Assembly: GCA_002633005.1 (NCBI GenBank)
Contig: NMRA01000211.1
Location: forward strand, 288,262 to 352,261
DNA length: 64,000 bases
Reading direction: 5' to 3'
From: Phoronis australis
Taxonomy: Eukaryota; Animalia; Phoronida
Within the stretch, counting starts at the first letter, position 1. The number at the start of each line of letters is the position of its first letter. The position numbers and the translations under genes were made by a program. Below the pieces are notes generated by a model, which saw only the letters and a program-made list of their open reading frames with translations, was not told the DNA's origin and searched no databases. Positions 1-13,400 of this stretch are shown piece after piece.

Positions 1-501
1 TTATGTTTATTGGAAAAACAAAATGAATCTATTGATACTTTTATGAATGGAAATACAGGATGATGACCAAGAAATGAAAAGTATGACTTCTATTCCTTAA
101 GTTTTATTTTTTACACCTTACTAGAATTGAGTTCTAGGTAATGCACTGCAGTAACTCGATGACACTTTTTAGCATAACTGTGCCAAAAACACAGCCAATG
201 GCGAACACTGCATTGTGGACTGATCAATTAATGAGAAACCAGCAGTACAAGCACAGCAAGTATTCACTACTTGTACACTTTGGTGGCAGTGTAAAAATGA
301 TTGCTGTGCATTGGACACAATCTCTCATTTTAGCATCAATTTTGACAACGTAAACCTGAAAGTGCGCATGTTCCAAACATGCAGAACCACTGTAATTTGG
401 ACACAACACATTGTTTTCCAGCCTAATAGAGAATTCTTAAAGAAATTCGGCTAAAAGAAACTGTTCGGCAATCAGAGACAAAAGAGCAAGACAATGGTTA
501 C

Positions 502-1427
502 CTGCTGTCGGCCTCGGTGCCTTTTTCCTCTGGCTGTGATGAGACTTCCATGATAGACGTGATCCCAGCACTGGGCGGATGGCTGGCCTTGCTGCGAAGT
601 GAAGTAAACCCGACTCTCGAGGTCACTTGAGGCAACATGGGTGAACATGATTCTGTGACAGCAGGACCAGCACCAAAGCCGGAGCTCGTTGTGACCACTT
701 CCTGTTCCGGGCTTGTGAACAGGGATTCCGAGAGCTTGTTGCACACTGGACTCGAGGATTTGTTCAACGAAGTGTTTGTGCTTTTAGGTGGACTAACCGT
801 CTTCTCCAAGGACATGTCTGGTTCAGCGCTGGACACACGGACTGAAGAAATGTGAATGTCACCTACATCTGGAGTGCTTCCACGTGACCAAATCCCGCTA
901 CAACCCTCCCCACCAGGAAGGTTTGAGTATAATTCTTTTTGACCAGTTGCACTTTGTGCCAAGCTCTCAGTTTGCATAACTAACACATTAGGCAAGTTAG
1001 CAGAGTTTTTAGATTTATTTTCATTTGGGCAGATTTCAGGAGTTTTGTCTTTCGGCTTACGTGACCGTCTTGGTTTAGCGGACACCCTCATAGGAGTAGC
1101 AAATTTTTCACTATTGGCCTTTTCTGAGTCAGTTGACGACTTGCTACCAGAAGCAGCAGCAAGTGGCTTTGTACCATGTGTCCTTTCTACTGTACCCACT
1201 GACCTTTCTACAGCACCCAGTGACCTCTCTACTGAAAGTTGATGTGCCAGGCTACTGGCACCAGAACTAGACTTGGACATTGAACTGACATCACCCAGGT
1301 CTCCAGATGTTACCGTGGACACAGAGCGTGATGGGGAAATGTGTAGGTCGCTATCCTGTTTTTGTAGACCAATCATTGTGCAAGCGTCTATCATGGCTGT
1401 GGTCTCCACATGAGGCTCCAATGAGCT
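502..1427 (-). CDS. TP53BP1: 53BP1 large exon following the oligomerisation domain
   Basis: ttgtttcag acceptor, AG|GTAACC donor; lies within the 318-aa ORF 498-1454. Contains SPS..TSGDLGDVSSMSKSSS, resembling human SPSQTGGSSGDLGDISSFSSKASS. Confidence 0.88.
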
Positions 1428-4400
1428 CTGAAACAAATCACCAATAGCAGACAACTTTCAATGAGATAAGTCATATGCTGTTGAAAAAGCACAATTCTTT
1501 GTTAACACACTAACTGTTGATCAAAAACACCAACATAGCTATATAATAGTTCACGATAACTTCCTTACACAAACTAGAAGTAAATACTCTGCTCAGGAAG
1601 AACTGACATTTTCTTATGTCTTGAAACCAGGCTTTGAAAGTTGTCATTTTATGCACCAAAAGCAACACGACCAAACACTAGGTAGAGTGTCGAGCTGGAA
1701 ACACTCTATTCAAAAGAGATTACAAAGAAGAGTACTTTGTTTCGTGAGGTCTCAAATGCAAGGAGTTTGTAAGGTTACGGACACCTACTGAGAAGAATAA
1801 AAACCAAAGAGCTGCCACCACACGCACATAATCTCAATACTGTAACAGCAGTAGTCCACTCACCCTCTCTGTCGTCGTGCTTTCCACAACCTTGCCATTT
1901 TCTATTATCTCAATGGTTACTCTCTCAATAAGTACACGCTTCACTACACGCGTTCTCTTGATTATTTTGCCCGACAGATCCTCAACAGTCTGAAAGGAAT
2001 ATGCGTCTAGTGGAAAAATAGATCTCATTAGCCTGCACTTGCGGCAAAAAAAATCTTTACTTAAAGAATAGAAACACAGAATTCAATCCCACAATTCAAC
2101 AATCCAATCTCAAAGACAATCACTTTTAGTGGTGTGCTGCATCCCCAACAGATGGCACACTGACTACTGTTTGCATTCAAACTAAAATTTATTCCACTGA
2201 GAATATAGGGCACATGAAATTACAAGATCATAAACCAAAAATTAACGTTTAGTAATTTGACCATTCACCATTAAAAACAGATTTCAGATTCAATCTTACT
2301 GAGACTAGAGGCGATGTCTAGGCTAGGAAAGAGATCAATAGTTACTGCTGAATACAGTAGAATAGAATTGTAGGTCTTCTTATGCGCCAAAAGCAAAACG
2401 GCAGAATAGGTAATAGACTAGTTCATTAGACAGAGTTCCTAGTTGGTGCAGCATTAAATACTGACCTGCTGGGTTGAGACTGGGGCACCTGAATCAACAG
2501 GGTTGTCTTTAGTAGTAGTTTTCTGTTTCTCCTGCGAAGAGTCAAATGCGTAAACAGATGGAAACCTTAACCAAAGTACAATGACTTAAATAATTTGTTT
2601 ACATAACTAAATCTTTATTATGGTCTGGTATACGTACACAAGAAAATTACCTATTGTGTGTTTTCAGCTTACAATAATTCTGTATGTTGTCAGCTTTCAA
2701 TAAATTTGTATGTAATATGGATATTTTCATCAATTTAGCAAGTTACAGTACCAATAGACATCTAGATAAGAAGCCACATGGATTTTTGTCCTACTTCCCT
2801 AGATGTCGTGGTGCAAAGTTTTCACTGCATAGGGAAAATTCACCACCGGTTTGTAAAACTTTATGCTTGTTTTCCACCTTCAAGGCTATAAACTGTATGA
2901 GAGGTTAAGCAACAAGATTTTAGTCCCACTTTTCCGCTACGTTTGGAAACTCGAAAGTATCCAATTTACAAAAACTCCAGACTTGTTTCATGAAAGTAAT
3001 TTTGAGACTCAAGACAGAAACTTGGTATTGCACTCGACACAACTATTTTAGAAAAATAATTAAATCTCACACGACCAAAAGTGCAAAGTTTTTGAGAATA
3101 TACAAATACTTGCTAGCAAATAGGATGCAATAAGTAACAGCTAACCTTCACCATTTGTCTCTTGCTATCCCCTCGTTTGAGTACTTCCTGAAATGCTTGT
3201 CTGTCCCTTTCTGACTGTGACAGCCTGTACTCGTATGGATCTCCAGTTTTACCGACTTCCTCTGCCCTCAGTGGAAGACTCTTTGTACCTTCCAACTCCT
3301 GCGACTTTTCCCCTGGCTTGTGACTGACCCGAGACAAAGCATCTCTATAAGTGACTTCCCGTGGTTCTGACTGATCGATGTCTTGCACTGGAGGGTCCCG
3401 TTGTGATGGGTTAGCTATGTCTGGTGGAGGGGTTTCATACCGGGTGAGGGAGTAGTCTTGAGTGGCCTGAAAGGGTAAGACAAAAAACAGATTGGCATTT
3501 TCTCAAATTAAAAGAAGAAACTTAAGAAATACACTGGCTCTGGAACTGATATGAAAGCACCCAAAATAAGAATACATACACAAGTAGAGAAAGAAAATAT
3601 ATTTTACTACAACAAACAAAATAAACAGTGAAATAAAAATGTTAAACTTAAAACCTGAACAGACAGAAATAATAAGTTTATTTTTCATATTAGCTAGGAC
3701 ATGAGAATACTAGCACTGGGATATGATTCTCAAATAAACAAATGGTTTTTGTCTTTAGTCATAAGGCAGAAATCTGACTACAAATAGCCAATAGTTGATT
3801 TTTGTCTCGAAGCATCTTGTATTCTTTCTAGTCTAGAAGACTACGGATTTCTATCTTTTGAAGATTTTCTGACTTTCTGCCTTAGTCTGTTTTCGTGCAA
3901 CAGGTCAAGCCATCTGCAAATTGATTTTTAGCCTCAAGTCAAAATACAAAAGTCAATAAACTCTTCGAGTAACAGGTCCTTGATCTCCACTCACTCCAAA
4001 ATTTTGTGATTAATGGCTACGTGAAATGATACATGAGCAAATACACACAATTCCCTAAGCAGTTTAAGGCACCAGTTTAATCATACAAAGTGTTTTTTGA
4101 TGAGAATGTACTTACTCCAGAGTAAACATTCTCAACCCCCGCTGTCATTTCCCATAACGTCTGCTTGTTGGAGCTATCTTGTGAAGTGGCAGGAAAGTTA
4201 ATCCTTTCCACTGCACCACGTGTCTGGGAACTCACACAGCCACTGGAGAAGTAATCCTCACTGAAACAGATCTATCTTTTCACGAAAACCAATGGCTGGC
4301 ACTGACATTTTTCGGCAATTTATGGTAGCCAACGAGAATCTTTTACAATGTGGAAAAGAATGGTTACAAAAATTGCACTGTTGTTTTCTCAAGTCTACTA

Positions 4401-7400
4401 TCAAGAAAGTGACCCCGTAACATGGTTGGAGCACATTCCAATACGTAACCAAAAGAAAATTTTCAACTTGATGGCAGCATATAATAAATCGTAACAATTG
4501 TTTCTACTTTAATACATGTACTAGAGTTTCTGAGCTTGTAAATAAACAGTCCTTATGTGACTGACTGCCTGACTGAACAACATTAAAAAACATTGAATTA
4601 TTAACATCCTTCTAAATATTACTCGGAGTGAAGAAATCAGCCAAATGACTGAAGTGTTCACAAAGCTCAACTCTTCGTTGCAGTTAAGAGTAATATTCAA
4701 CATTGCCAATAGTTTTCGTTGCCTACAGCATGAAAACCCCCAGGCCTGACTCACATTAGTGACAAGTTAAAAAAACAAAAACATGACATTTAAATAAAAC
4801 AATCAAGGTTTTAACAGTTAGAGCTAGTCTTCACTCAGGTAAGCCATGCTCAAATGAGATAAAAAATAACAGCCAACTAACTGCACATTACTAAAGGAAC
4901 ACCAAAATAAACTATTCTCAGACATGTGGCTAGTCACATGTACTTTGCAAGTACATATATGAAAGTCTTCCAGAGCAAGGGTTCACAAACCTGTCGTTAG
5001 ATGGGGCTATAGGTCGAGCTCGTCTACGTTCCTTCTTTGGCGAATTTTTGACCTTCACAAAGACAGAGGGCTCTGCATGCACACTGACTTGGCTGGTGAC
5101 AGAGGGACCTACAGTGAGAGGTAAGAATGACTTACAATAAATTAATACAAATCACATTGAACGCCCAATTCATTGCAACTTTCTCTGGTTCAGTGGCCTT
5201 CTAGACAACACACCCACACACACACAACCATTTTGCAAATTTCAATCGCCACTCAAATCATCAATGAAACAGGATGATCCAACACATTGAACACAACTGA
5301 ATAACATAAATATAACAGCTTACACTCCAATCGGAAGTGAGGTTCAGATGCCTGTTGACTGAACTCTGTAGCAGGCCCTTCCTCCTTTGCCACGTCCACA
5401 TCCTCCACTTGAGTTTGTGATCCATCGACATCCATGGGCTCATTGGCACGGTCTTCATTTTCAGCCACATGGCCCTGCGTCTGGGTGGGAGTCAGACGAA
5501 GAGACCAAGCATGCTGTGTAGCCGGTACATCTCTCTTTTCAGGGTGATCTGCAAGAGTGAGTTCTAAGGTCACGAAATGACAAGTATTTTACCACGATTC
5601 AAAATATTCTACCACACTTGGCTTGCATCTCTTGAACACAGTATTTAATGACTTGAGTAAAGAGATATTTTAATACTTCAAAAAACCCATAGCAAATTTT
5701 TACCTTTCAAAAGGCAAAACTTAAGTTATAATCAGGGCTTGGATTCAAATCTTCCACATTTTCTTTTCTTCTTTAATACAAACTCAAGGTACTAATTGTC
5801 TATCATCCTGTGTTCAAGTACATTGTAGTTTTAAGTAGATGACTAACTAATACTAGTTTGCACTTGATGACGTAAACATTGATTCAAAGCAATAAGTTCG
5901 AGTGTGACCTTCAAATTTTGAGTTTATAAACAAAATCTCGAGTTTTTATTAGAGTTTGTTGTTTCAATCTAGGAATAACCAAGTTCGAACGTGGACTAGA
6001 AACTACGTTACCACAAAGTGTTCATTAGTACATAGTAATAGACACTTATTCTGAGTTTGCATTAAAGCAGAACCAAAAAATAATTTTGAGAGCTAATTTA
6101 TAGTTTGGAGATTAGACCCAGGCCCAGAAGAGCAATGAAGACACTCTATGTACTGTCACTTTGGTGAGGACACCATTGTATCATCTTATCGAGTGAATTA
6201 TATATTATCTTGGTGTCAGAAAATCTACCCAAAAGAGGTTAAAACAAAAAGTTTGAGGAAAAACGCAGCAAATGAAGGCCAACTTTTAGCAAACATTGAC
6301 ATGTTTTACTACAGTGTTTCACTGGGACTCAAGAACAAAGAGCAATACCGTGTTATGAACAGAGTTGGGCATATAAAAGTGAATTCATCTAAAAGTGTAC
6401 GACTATACCATGACACAACGTTTGCAGCCACAGTGACAGTAGTGCCGAGTCACGTGCGATGGTCCAGCACTCAGTCATCTTCCATATCCTGCTGATCAAG
6501 GCAATATTTTTCACAACATGAACATCAAATTTACAACCTTCAGCAATAAAATAGCAAAAGCTCAGCTGTCCAGATCAACGTTTATACCAGACTACCTCTG
6601 GTGGGCTCATCAAAACAGATATTATAAGCCGATACCCAAATGAAATATTTCGCTACCTACCGTGAAAAGCCGTCTTAGTAACCAAGGATGTGTCCATAAT
6701 CACTGCAGTGGCACTGGTATTCTGAAATAGAAATTAATGCAAGAGTGGAGAGAAAATTAAACTACAACCATAACACGAGTGGCAGGTCTCTAGTAAGGTA
6801 GATGTACAGAGGGTAAACATAGATGGAACATTGGTTAAGAGGCCCATCAAGTGGTGCAGACAGCCTAGACCTATACCTAAGCTACATTACAGCTTTTTCT
6901 GGTGCAGTAGCCAGAACAAATATGAAAATCCGATCATAATTTCTCCATGATTAAGTGGTCCAGGTAGACAGCATCCATTAACACAACACACATGACAAAT
7001 ATCTACCTCACTTCCAAATAGTTACCTTAATCCAATGGATACTCCTGAGTGGGTGCACAAAAATATGTGAATGACGGCCTTACCTCAGTTTCATGGATTG
7101 CATCCTCAGCCAGGTCCTTATCACCGTTTGACTCACGATCATGTGTCTTTGAGGAGTCACTACTCAGGGACGGGTCAGGTAAAGGTTGCCCTTGCTAGAA
7201 TAAAATGAATAGTATTACATTCCCCAAGGATAAAGAAGTGCTTAGTGACACCTGTAGGCATTTGTTGAAACTCCCCTCTGACGTAAGACATCATCTGCTG
7301 TGAGATGATAACAGAACTCTAACAATGTCTCAAGATATCAAAACAAATTTTGCAACAACAATGTCATACCCAGGCTCACTGACTTACCTACATGTATTTG

Positions 7401-10400
7401 ATTGTCAATATACAAGCCCGTCATTCAGTGAATGCTTAGATGCTCCATTGAAATACAAGGAAGCAGGACAATAAGTTCACGCGGACACGGAGTCCCTTTA
7501 CTAGTGACCTTTTGAACAAGCGACCAATTTTAAATTTTCTAATTAACTAGGCTACACACTTTATAATAAAAGTAAAATCCACAGAAAACTACTAATTTCC
7601 GTGGTGACTGCCAATGTAGACACACATAGTGGGAACATATACATACAGTTATTGCATTAAAACGTAGTTGGTATCACTCCAAACTTCAAAGTAGTTTTTT
7701 GCTCACAACTCTCCAACTATCACAGACTGTTTTAAAATAATACTGTAAAATAATAAAACGTAGACCTTGAGCCATCCAGGAATGTTCATAATATTAAAGT
7801 TGAAACTGGTCTGTTGGATTACCTTTTTTGATTTCCTAGATCTTCCGAGACCTCTTGTCTTCTTCGGTGGGATGTTGACTGTGATGAATCACATGACCAG
7901 TTCCCATAATTCATCACAGTGAACATCCAATCGAAAAAGATGACAGCTCTCGGACATCAAAAAGGTAATCCAGCAGACCAGTTTCAATTTTAATATTACC
8001 AATAATGTAAAATCCTCAATTTAGTATGGTCTTAAGACATAGAGAAAATTAAATTATAACTGTTTTTAGACATATCGAAGAACACTTTTTCTTTCACAAG
8101 CACGCATGATGACCAAGGACTGTCAATGTTGCAAACTTATCAAGACAACTGTCAAGCATTAGGATAATAATTCACTTTCCACTATACAAACTTAAGGACA
8201 GCAGTGATCGATATAATGACTCGTCATCGTAATCCAAACGTTGGAACAGAAAAGTCACCTAACTCCATACACTACCCAGCAGTTCAACAAAATGCTCTTT
8301 TCTCGTTACTATCAATGATATTGGCCATTGTCTGAACCAGTTCAAATATGGAAATGTGTGATATTTACACAAATTTTACCACAATTACCTGAACATCTTG
8401 CGACTGCAAAGTAGGAGAGCTAGGTACAATGTGAGGTGCTGAAGTATAACCCTCCTGAGTTGGCGGGATGCAGTCGTCGTCATCAGAATGTCTGCGGGGA
8501 AAATATAACAAACAGCTCTAGAATAGGGACGTAAATCAAATACTGAATGAAGACAGACGATGAATTGTATTTTTTAATTCCTAAGTGAACCAAAATACCC
8601 CCAACTGATGTGGTGAAAAATCTATTACACTATAAAAAACATAAAATACGCTTTAAATCATAGTGAATTTTTGTTCTGAGATTCATTCAAACAACTTGAC
8701 TAGTCGACAAAGAGATGGTCAACAGTGTAAGACCGTGCACTGATATCTTACAAAATTTGTCAGATGTGACATACATATTACCCTTTCAGATAGGTTTTGA
8801 CCTGCATACTTTCTTGCAATAGGCTGTTCCCAGATTGCAGAGCGACACTTAAACCTTGGGGTATATATTCACAATGCTGACAAATACACGAAGCAGTTCT
8901 TTAGCCCCGTTTTCATGCTATTAGAGTTTCTCATGTGATTTGTTGGCGCCCTGGTTTTTTCAAGTTTTACTCGGTTGGGTTAAATGTATTTGACCTTCCA
9001 ATGTCACCATAGTTTTACTGCAGTGCTCTGGGCTGTAACTCCGACAGCAGGAAATTGGATACACTTGAAAAGTATCCTAGCAATCAGTTCGACATTAGTA
9101 AAACGAAGCCAATATAACAATGTGTTTTTCTACCTACAGGACAAAGGAGATTTCTATCCAAGACTGCACTATTGTTTTCCTTTGAGCCTGATTATTGATG
9201 TAAAAACATGGTTTAATAGTGTAGTTATTTAGAACAACTAGTGTGAAGCAGGGAAACAAAATCTTAGACCCGTGTCCTTGCCCATTTGAATAGAGAAAAT
9301 AAAAAATGTTATCCACACAGAATTTTTGAGCAATTTTGCCTACTCAAACAAAAATGCCAGCACGACTAACAACACAGAATACGTACAATTTCTGATGCGT
9401 TGTGCGTTTTATTTGTTAGAAGGTGTGATCAAGCTCTTTCCAAAAAGATATATTTTTTACTTTATTTGTCCCCACAAGTACATTAAACAATGTTTCAAAA
9501 AAGGCCCACACCCAGACCAACAGACACAAAACCCATCATAAAAATCCCTAGACCTAGCTTCAATATGGAATTGACACCTCGGTGTCCACTTGTGTGAAAC
9601 TGGCTTTAGATGATTCCGACTGGAATTTAAAGGACCGCCATGGAACCGAATACGCCCAAATTGGAAAGCGTGCCAACTCATCACTTACAGGAAATCATCG
9701 CAAGTCTCAGGGGCCAACACTGTATTGAGAGGTCGGTGTTCACCAGTTTGAACAGCAGTGCTAGTGGACTCTGGTGAACAACCTACAAGATGACAGAAAA
9801 AGGTTGAAACTTGCAAAGCATAAGAGAACCCAACACACCTGTTAGGATAATAGAGCGCATTTAAGACAGGATGCTACTGGAAAATTAATGACAAACGATT
9901 ACAAGTCATAGACAATTTTCCATGACAACATCACTTTTGACATCCAAACATTCATTAAGCAGAAAATTCATAACACAGGTGAATACAATCAGAAGTGAAA
10001 TAGTGACCCATTTTGTAAAAGCCGATGGACCAAGACTCAGTAAACAGGAATGCAACGAGCAGTGTGTGTGTGTGTGTGCCTGCGTGTGCCTGTGTGTGCG
10101 TGAGTGCCTGTGTGTGCAGCTCTCGAGTGTCTGGCTCTTCATTTCTAGATGGTGCTATGCAAACCATGATTCAACACAGTACTTGGCCATGACAGTCTTC
10201 TTTTCCACCTTTCACCACAAGAGGTAAAGAGTTGTTTTTTCAACAAAAGGCAGATTTACAACAGCTTTAACATTACGTTTCAACAGCGCCATCTGGAAGG
10301 CACTACGCAGTGTTTGTCCACGACATGCAGTACTCTTTCTCACCTTTCTGATCGTCTCCGTGAAACATATCCTCTTGAGACTCCGATATCTTATGCAGGC

Positions 10401-13400
10401 TAGACTCTTTCACACGAGTGAATGCAGACGTACCCGATCTGAAATGACAGCAATGCGAATAAATACCGTAATACTCTCCTTATAACTCACACATCATCGG
10501 AGGTCATTTCTCCGTCCAATTTTTTCCAAGGAAAACTATGCACAACACTTGTCAATTCTATAACTAAATTTTCTTAGCCGTAAAAAGAATTTTTGGCATT
10601 ATCTAAAGAGTCATGGTAAATTAACCCGAAACTCAATTTTAATAAAACACCATTAATTGAAAATCAAACCAAAATTTATCATTGCTCCACCATAAAATGC
10701 ATGACATACAGAAATTTTAAACGCTTATGGCAAAGAACACAACAGTTATTGGCTACAACTAGATCAGTCACTACGAATGGAAGCTATACATACATAAAAC
10801 TTGTCTTCTTTTGGTCATCGCTGGAGGAACTACTTGTCACCTGGTCACTGCTGGCGTAATCTACCACCCCTTCACGCGGATGTGCTATGGTAGAAAAAAT
10901 AGTGCATTTATGACACTACAAAATCACTATAAAACATCACATGGTCTGATTAAGTGCGATACAATAGATAACTGGACAAAATTTCGTTCCCCCGTCATGA
11001 GGGGTAATGACTAGTCGTCACCAGTCATTCTCAGTCGTCTGATGATGAACTCTAAAAGCACTCAGCTGTAATGACTGTCCAATTACTTTTGACTTAGTGT
11101 GGTACTTGTAAATACACAAAATGCACCAAGAGTGGCATAGGTGAAATAATATCCCACCATCTCGGTTGCCACTCAAGGAACGTTTTGTATTTACTCCATA
11201 CACTTCAAACTCTTAGTTTCTTTTAATTTTTCGACAGATTTTCAAAATACTTAACCCAGCCTGTTCACATGGCGGATCACAACCTATAGCACTTATGTGT
11301 TATGTTAAGACTTTAATTTAGTTATAGAGAAATCATTATATTTAATACTTTATTACTTTAGAAGTGATAACAAAGACAAAAACAATGCTAATTGTGCATT
11401 GGACTTGTAACATTATCTGAAAATAACAACATTGTAGCCACTGAGTTGCCTGAGTTGTAGACGATACGGTATATATTTAGCAAACAAAACTGAGATAGAA
11501 GTATTCTATAAATAACAGTTTTGTACCAGATGTTAACTTTGGGACCTCGTTGCATATTTATTGTTATTTATACTGCTGTAAATTTATTACATTAAACTGT
11601 TTTGATGATCGAGCAGCTAATGTCGAGTAGACATTGACCTACTTTTTGAACTTTCCATGTCAGAGGACACTGTTAAAGTAGTCCCGGGAGCGCAATACGG
11701 AAAACAATACCACATGGACGTATTGCAGTCAACTTATTCAAAGCATATGGGATAAAAAGATTATTTCATATGCAATACTAAAAACTAGAATTGAAAACGC
11801 TAATATGAAAAACACTCTCAGACAGACAGGAGACTGCTAAAGCAGTAGTATTTCATTAACCAATGAATATGTAAATCAATTAATGCCTACAGTACAGGTC
11901 ACAAATTTTAATCTGACCGATCGGAAACTAGTCAAATAATTTTTAGCAGATTGGAACTTGACAGCATATCTGACATCAATAGAGATTCTGGAATACTTCT
12001 TTTCCATCAGCGTCACTGTAATAAAGAAATGTTGCTTCACTGCATGCACAAAAATTTAGAAACGACTCGTAGAAGACCACTGGTTCTCTGGACAGCGGTG
12101 GCGACACAACTGGTTGATGACAAGTCCCCAATTTGGTGATTGATGACCAGTTGGACAAAAAACGTGACCTACACTGTACAAATGACATAATATCTTTGGT
12201 GTTATAACCCTAAGTTGAAGATGCATACATTTTTGATGCGCAGACAAGGGACATTCCAGGAACACAAATCGGCTTCAAAGAGTAATTTTTTTAAACCAAG
12301 ATTTGCAAAGCAGCTTGAAATATAAACTAAAATTTTATTAGTGAAACTATGTTTCCAAATAATCATTTAGTATTTACATCAATGTAGTTGTTGTCTTAAT
12401 AGGTGATTTATCATTAATATATTTTTACTGAAGTCAAATGGTAGACAGCACATACTGATTCCGTAAAACCTTACAGTAGACCTAATGCAGCAACAGACAC
12501 AGCATTGTTTATGACAGGGCATAAATATAAAGTAGATGGTTACCAAGCATTCCATGAAGCTCATTCTCACCAGACACTGGCCCTTCAGCTCGTGGCACAA
12601 TAATCTGGCCATGCCCCTCAGTGTCACTCACAACAGCAGTAGGTGCGTCAGAGATCCCGCCCCCAGAACCACTGTCATTAGATTCGCTGCAAAAATAGTA
12701 ATCTACGCAATCAACATTAGAGTAATGTAGATTGTTGATAAGGACTCGCCAAACAGCAAACATACGAAAGGTAATTTTAGTTTAAAACATTCCCACACAA
12801 TAGCGCTAATAATCTCAAAATTGGCATTAGTGAGCCAGCGGAAATCAGAAATTTGGCACCTGCAGTCCTCTCTATGACACGAACATTTGAGAGGCAGGTG
12901 CTAGACAATCAGACAGACAGATTTCAAAAGTTCACCACTACTCACAAGAATGACAGATTTGCAATGGTATTGCTCACATGGCACTGGCGACTGGTGCCAC
13001 CTGCCTGTGTAAAGAGGTACTACTTCTGTGTAGTGGGTCGCACAGCTAAATACGGTAAAGTTTCCAGTAAATCAAACAAAAATAATGGCCGAAATTCTTA
13101 ATTTTTTGAGCGCTAACTATATTACCAAAAAAGTTCAAAATTTTGTCTTATGCTTGTTGATGACAGCTGTATTATATGAAGTTTTCAAACAAACGAGTAG
13201 AATTATCTACCTGCTTGTTGAAAATTTGGATTAAACAAAATGGTACTGTTCCACCACACTGCATTCTAATTTAAAGAAACTTTACCGTACGTTTGAATCT
13301 ATACAACAAGAACTACTTCTAGTGAGCTGAGGCACCCTGGAGTCATTTTATACAAAAATAAAATTTCCTACTTATCCACAAGTCAAAGTTTCCATGAGAA

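Noticed and set aside
2532-2565. Longer acceptor adding FPSVYAFDSSQ to the 2466-2531 exon
   Set aside because: It needs a phase-2 upstream donor, but the preceding exon ends in phase 0 and no bridging exon was found. Not fully excluded.
7864-7885. TCGGTGGGA resembling miR-278, and a possible hammerhead in the same palindrome
   Set aside because: Only a seed-length match inside a Penelope-derived palindrome; the hammerhead core boxes are too degraded to call.
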